A stretch of 63,536 nt of DNA, counting the filler, from Asterionella formosa (lineage: Eukaryota), in NCBI GenBank assembly GCA_002256025.1. It is 21 parts of 21 records of this genome, joined end to end, with 100 filler letters (N's around TTAATTAATTAA, not from the genome) between each part and the next. Parts side by side here need not be neighbours in the genome. Positions count along the whole stretch, not along the records: positions 60,625 to 63,536 come from NKIB01014654.1; 20 more parts are not named here. One strand, written 5' to 3'. Every line of letters begins with the position of its first letter. The stretch's first letter is position 1. The position numbers and the translations under genes are program-made. Shown in pieces: positions 60,625-63,536 of the stretch. Below the pieces are notes generated by a model. It ran no database searches, was not told the origin of the DNA, and saw only the letters and a program-made list of their open reading frames with translations.

Positions 60625-61009
60625 TCTTGCTGCTACACTGGAACGGAAGCGAATTTCAGACATTGTCATTAGTACAAAAGAAACAAAAAGGCAACAAGAA
60701 TTCAATACACTTCGCGGAAAAGTACTTACATTGAAGGAACAGAACAGAACAAAAGAACAGATGTCTGTGCCAGAATTGAAATTAATGGTGCGTTGGTACA
60801 AAAGATCAGGTGATTTGCCAGTTCCGCAAACAAGGCAAGCTCTGATTACAAGATTCGATGACACCAATCACCGTGGTGACCAGCAGCCGCCATTCCCTCT
60901 CCATACACCTCCTATTGCTGTGGTTGTTGTTACTGCACCTCCTCCTGTTGCTATTCCCTCTCCTTCTACAACTGCTACTGCCGATCCACCATTCCGTGAT
61001 GAAGTTTGA
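60625..61009 (+). CDS. C-terminal fragment of a hypothetical protein, possibly transposon-encoded
   Basis: Open from the contig edge. ELKLMVRWYKRSGD.PVP..R..LITR (SAP-like helical motif) followed by a Pro/Thr tail. Confidence 0.3.
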
Positions 61010-61205
61010 GACTTCGCCAGCAAGTAATTGGATGCAAAAAAGCTTGAGATTTTTATAATGCATCAGAAGAATTCTCCGACGATGATGCTGCCCTGCAAAA
61101 GTGTAAAACGTAAAGTAATAAGAAAATAATTTTTGCAGTATTAACGGAGAAAAAATAAACACAGTTTGGGGGGAAAATGTATACATGTACAGATAGAAAA
61201 ATATG

Positions 61206-61426
61206 CACTGGCTGTAAGCCACCGCTATGCAGTAATATTAGTGACTTTGGAAAAATTATTTCTTCATGGCTAGATACACTGAATCAAAACTGATTCCTTA
61301 ATAGTATAGCAGTGAGCATTGCCTAGCATAAGCTTTGTGCTTGCATCAAGTTTTGATCGTTGAATTACATAAATATTTTTAGTCGAAAGATAGAGTAAAA
61401 TAGCGGTGGCTTACAGTTTTTCAGTG
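61206..61426. mobile_element. MITE-like element with CACTG...CAGTG ends
   Basis: CACTG.CTGTAAGCCACCGCTAT (61206-61228) and ATAGCGGTGGCTTACAG.....CAGTG (61400-61426) share a 17-bp perfect inverted core. No clear TSD. Confidence 0.7.
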
Positions 61427-61552
61427 TTACCTGGTACCGGTGCGACCGTTATAACAAAATCAGGGTTGGAGTGGTGCTGGTTACTAAAAAGGCCGCCCAG
61501 GCGCAGTCTAGTCTCCGGCAAATGTAACTGATGTCGATTCGCATGGTACCAA

Positions 61553-63536
61553 TGTTGGAGAAAATATTTTAGGAAAGAAAATCCCGGTATGAATTACCTA
61601 TTACGTATGGAATCGAATGAATCAAGAAAGAATATGGTACCAGAGAATTCGAAAACAATCTACGTCAACAGTAAAAACCCATAATTCTTTTAAAACTCTT
61701 AGGAACGATTACAATCAATCACGGAGACATCGTTGTTCATATCTACAGCCTATTTGGTCCCTGACGTGTCCTTACAGGATACAAGAAAGCATAGAGTGCT
61801 TCGGGACGCAATTTCAACAGTTTTAATAGAATTAGCCGGCCAGGAAGAGCCGTGATACCACAATCAACAACAGGCGGACCATTGAGAGTCCGGAGACAAG
61901 ATCTGAGGGTACCAGACCATCCAGAGTCTGAAGAAGTCGCAAAGGGCGCATCATGAGTGGCAAAGGAAAGTTTACCAAGAAGACTCAAGCCAAGGGCAAG
62001 TTTCAAGCCAAGGGAGGGAGCAATATTGCTTCTCACTCAATCAAGAAGTCAGTCAATGACTATAACTACTACCTCGGATCATCAAAGCAGGCATCTGACT
62101 ATGAGACTACTACTGACTACCTCATCAATCATATCAAGAAAGTGTTCGACTATGGCAACGACATATGAACCGCGCTCGAGTTATTAGAACCAATGAGCAC
62201 ATTGGCATGGAAGCCGAGAATGCAAGTGAGCATTGCAACAACAGAAGAAGACCGCGCTGCAGAGAATCGACAATATGAGATTGAGTTCAAGGCTGATTAT
62301 GACACCTACAGTAAAAGGGTACAGGCCTACGAAAATAAAAATACCAAGGCGTATGCATTGCTCTGGGAAAGATGCAACAAAGCCATGAAGAACAAGATTG
62401 AAGCAAGATCCGATTACAATAGGATCAAAAATAACCCAATAACAGTGCTTATGGCAATTAAAGAACACACATTGAATTTTCAAGAGAATCGATATTCAAT
62501 GTCGATCATTTTAGATGTGATGAAAACGCTTTTATTTACAAAGCAAAAATAAGGAGAAAGTCTACAAGACTAGTACACCAAGAGATTTCGTGTGGCACAA
62601 GATGTTCTCAAGTCACACATGGGAGGACCCATTATCCTCACCAAGTTTGTTGAAGCCATGGATGGATACAATGAGAACGACATCAAGCAACAAGATAAAT
62701 TTCGTGAACAAGCTTTCAGTCAATTAATGGCATATTTATATCTTGATACTGCCGATAAAGCTAAATACGGATCAATTATGACCGTGCTGAACACTCAACA
62801 ATCACTCGGCAACGATCAATACCCGAAAACCATCAACGAATCAAATAATGTTCTCAGCAACCATCGGTTTGACACCACAAATAAATCTAACTACAAGAAA
62901 CCAGGAGATAATGATAAAGAGAGGAAACAAAAGGATGCAGGCAAGGAAGACAAAGATGTGAAGTTATCGTTTGCACAGTTAAAAGAAAGAGTTACTGCTG
63001 CGGAAAAGCAGGTCACAAATCTCCTTCGTGCCAAGACAAGAACAAACCCAAAGAGGAATGGGCTATCAACAGGGCCCAAAGCCATGCACAGGCACAGGCT
63101 AATACATCCGACATGAGTACAGTTACCTCTGTTAGCTAATTCCAACAACCCGCCGTCATCACAAGCTTCACAACAAGCAAATGCCAATCAATTTGGATGG
63201 ACAGGAGCTCATATGAAACTACAATTTTACCAAGCATCTGAGATGCGTGACTGGATACTATTGGATAATCAATCAAGTGTCACAGTCTTTTGCAATCCAA
63301 AAATGGTTAATAACATTCAAACGTCAACCAACGGAAGCATGCACCTGGCCACAAATGGTGGATCCATGGTCACTAAATGGCAGATAGGTACAGAATTACC
63401 TACAACTCTGAGAAAGAAGATGCATTCATTGTTCATTTGCCTGACAAAACAGTTCGATTTGAAAGCATTGGGATGAGCTTATATGTTTTCAAGCCAACTA
63501 CAAGAATTAGAGCGGAGAATGCTCAATTGTTAAATA
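61553..63536 (+). mobile_element. 5' part of Ty1/copia (LTR from 61553, gag from 61953, protease), same family as 24305-27239, inactivated
   Basis: TGTTGG start, with a CAACA end at 61819 (or 61869/61872). Gag MSGKGKFTKK...; highly similar to 25743-27239 (reverse complement). Carries stops, frameshifts and a deletion of about 75 bp near 63377. Confidence 0.93.

Overview
This is not one locus. It is a pseudo-scaffold of 21 unrelated contigs of about 2.9 kb each, roughly sorted by size and joined by 100-bp artificial linkers (N44-TTAATTAATTAA-N44), so gene order across linkers means nothing. The content is eukaryotic and best fits a diatom (inference from short GT-AG introns, signal peptide+Phe plastid presequences, diatom-type Ty1/copia elements, and expanded sulfotransferase, LRR and ARM families). 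A large share is decayed transposable-element DNA: several Ty1/copia lineages (one family on three contigs), one Ty3/gypsy element, MITEs, two long foldback palindromes and TTAA-bounded GG...CC ends resembling Kolobok. Host genes include a BtuF-like/DUF5522/PP-loop amide-ligase triple fusion, a glycosyltransferase-sulfotransferase fusion, a TPR-DNAJC8-like protein, a plastid-targeted double DUF1415-like protein, a secreted Cys/mucin protein, the 5' end of thiD, a triplicated ARM-repeat segment and an orphan ORF built from tandem duplications. The best leads are (1) the putative intracellular corrinoid-binding and amidating fusion, (2) pervasive TA->TA(N)TA micro-insertions seen by comparing repeat copies, probably transposon excision footprints, (3) a Kolobok-like family with a one-ended TTAA-bounded module inserted in the exact centre of a palindrome, and (4) the GT-sulfotransferase fusion. 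All family assignments come from motif recognition by eye, not from database searches.
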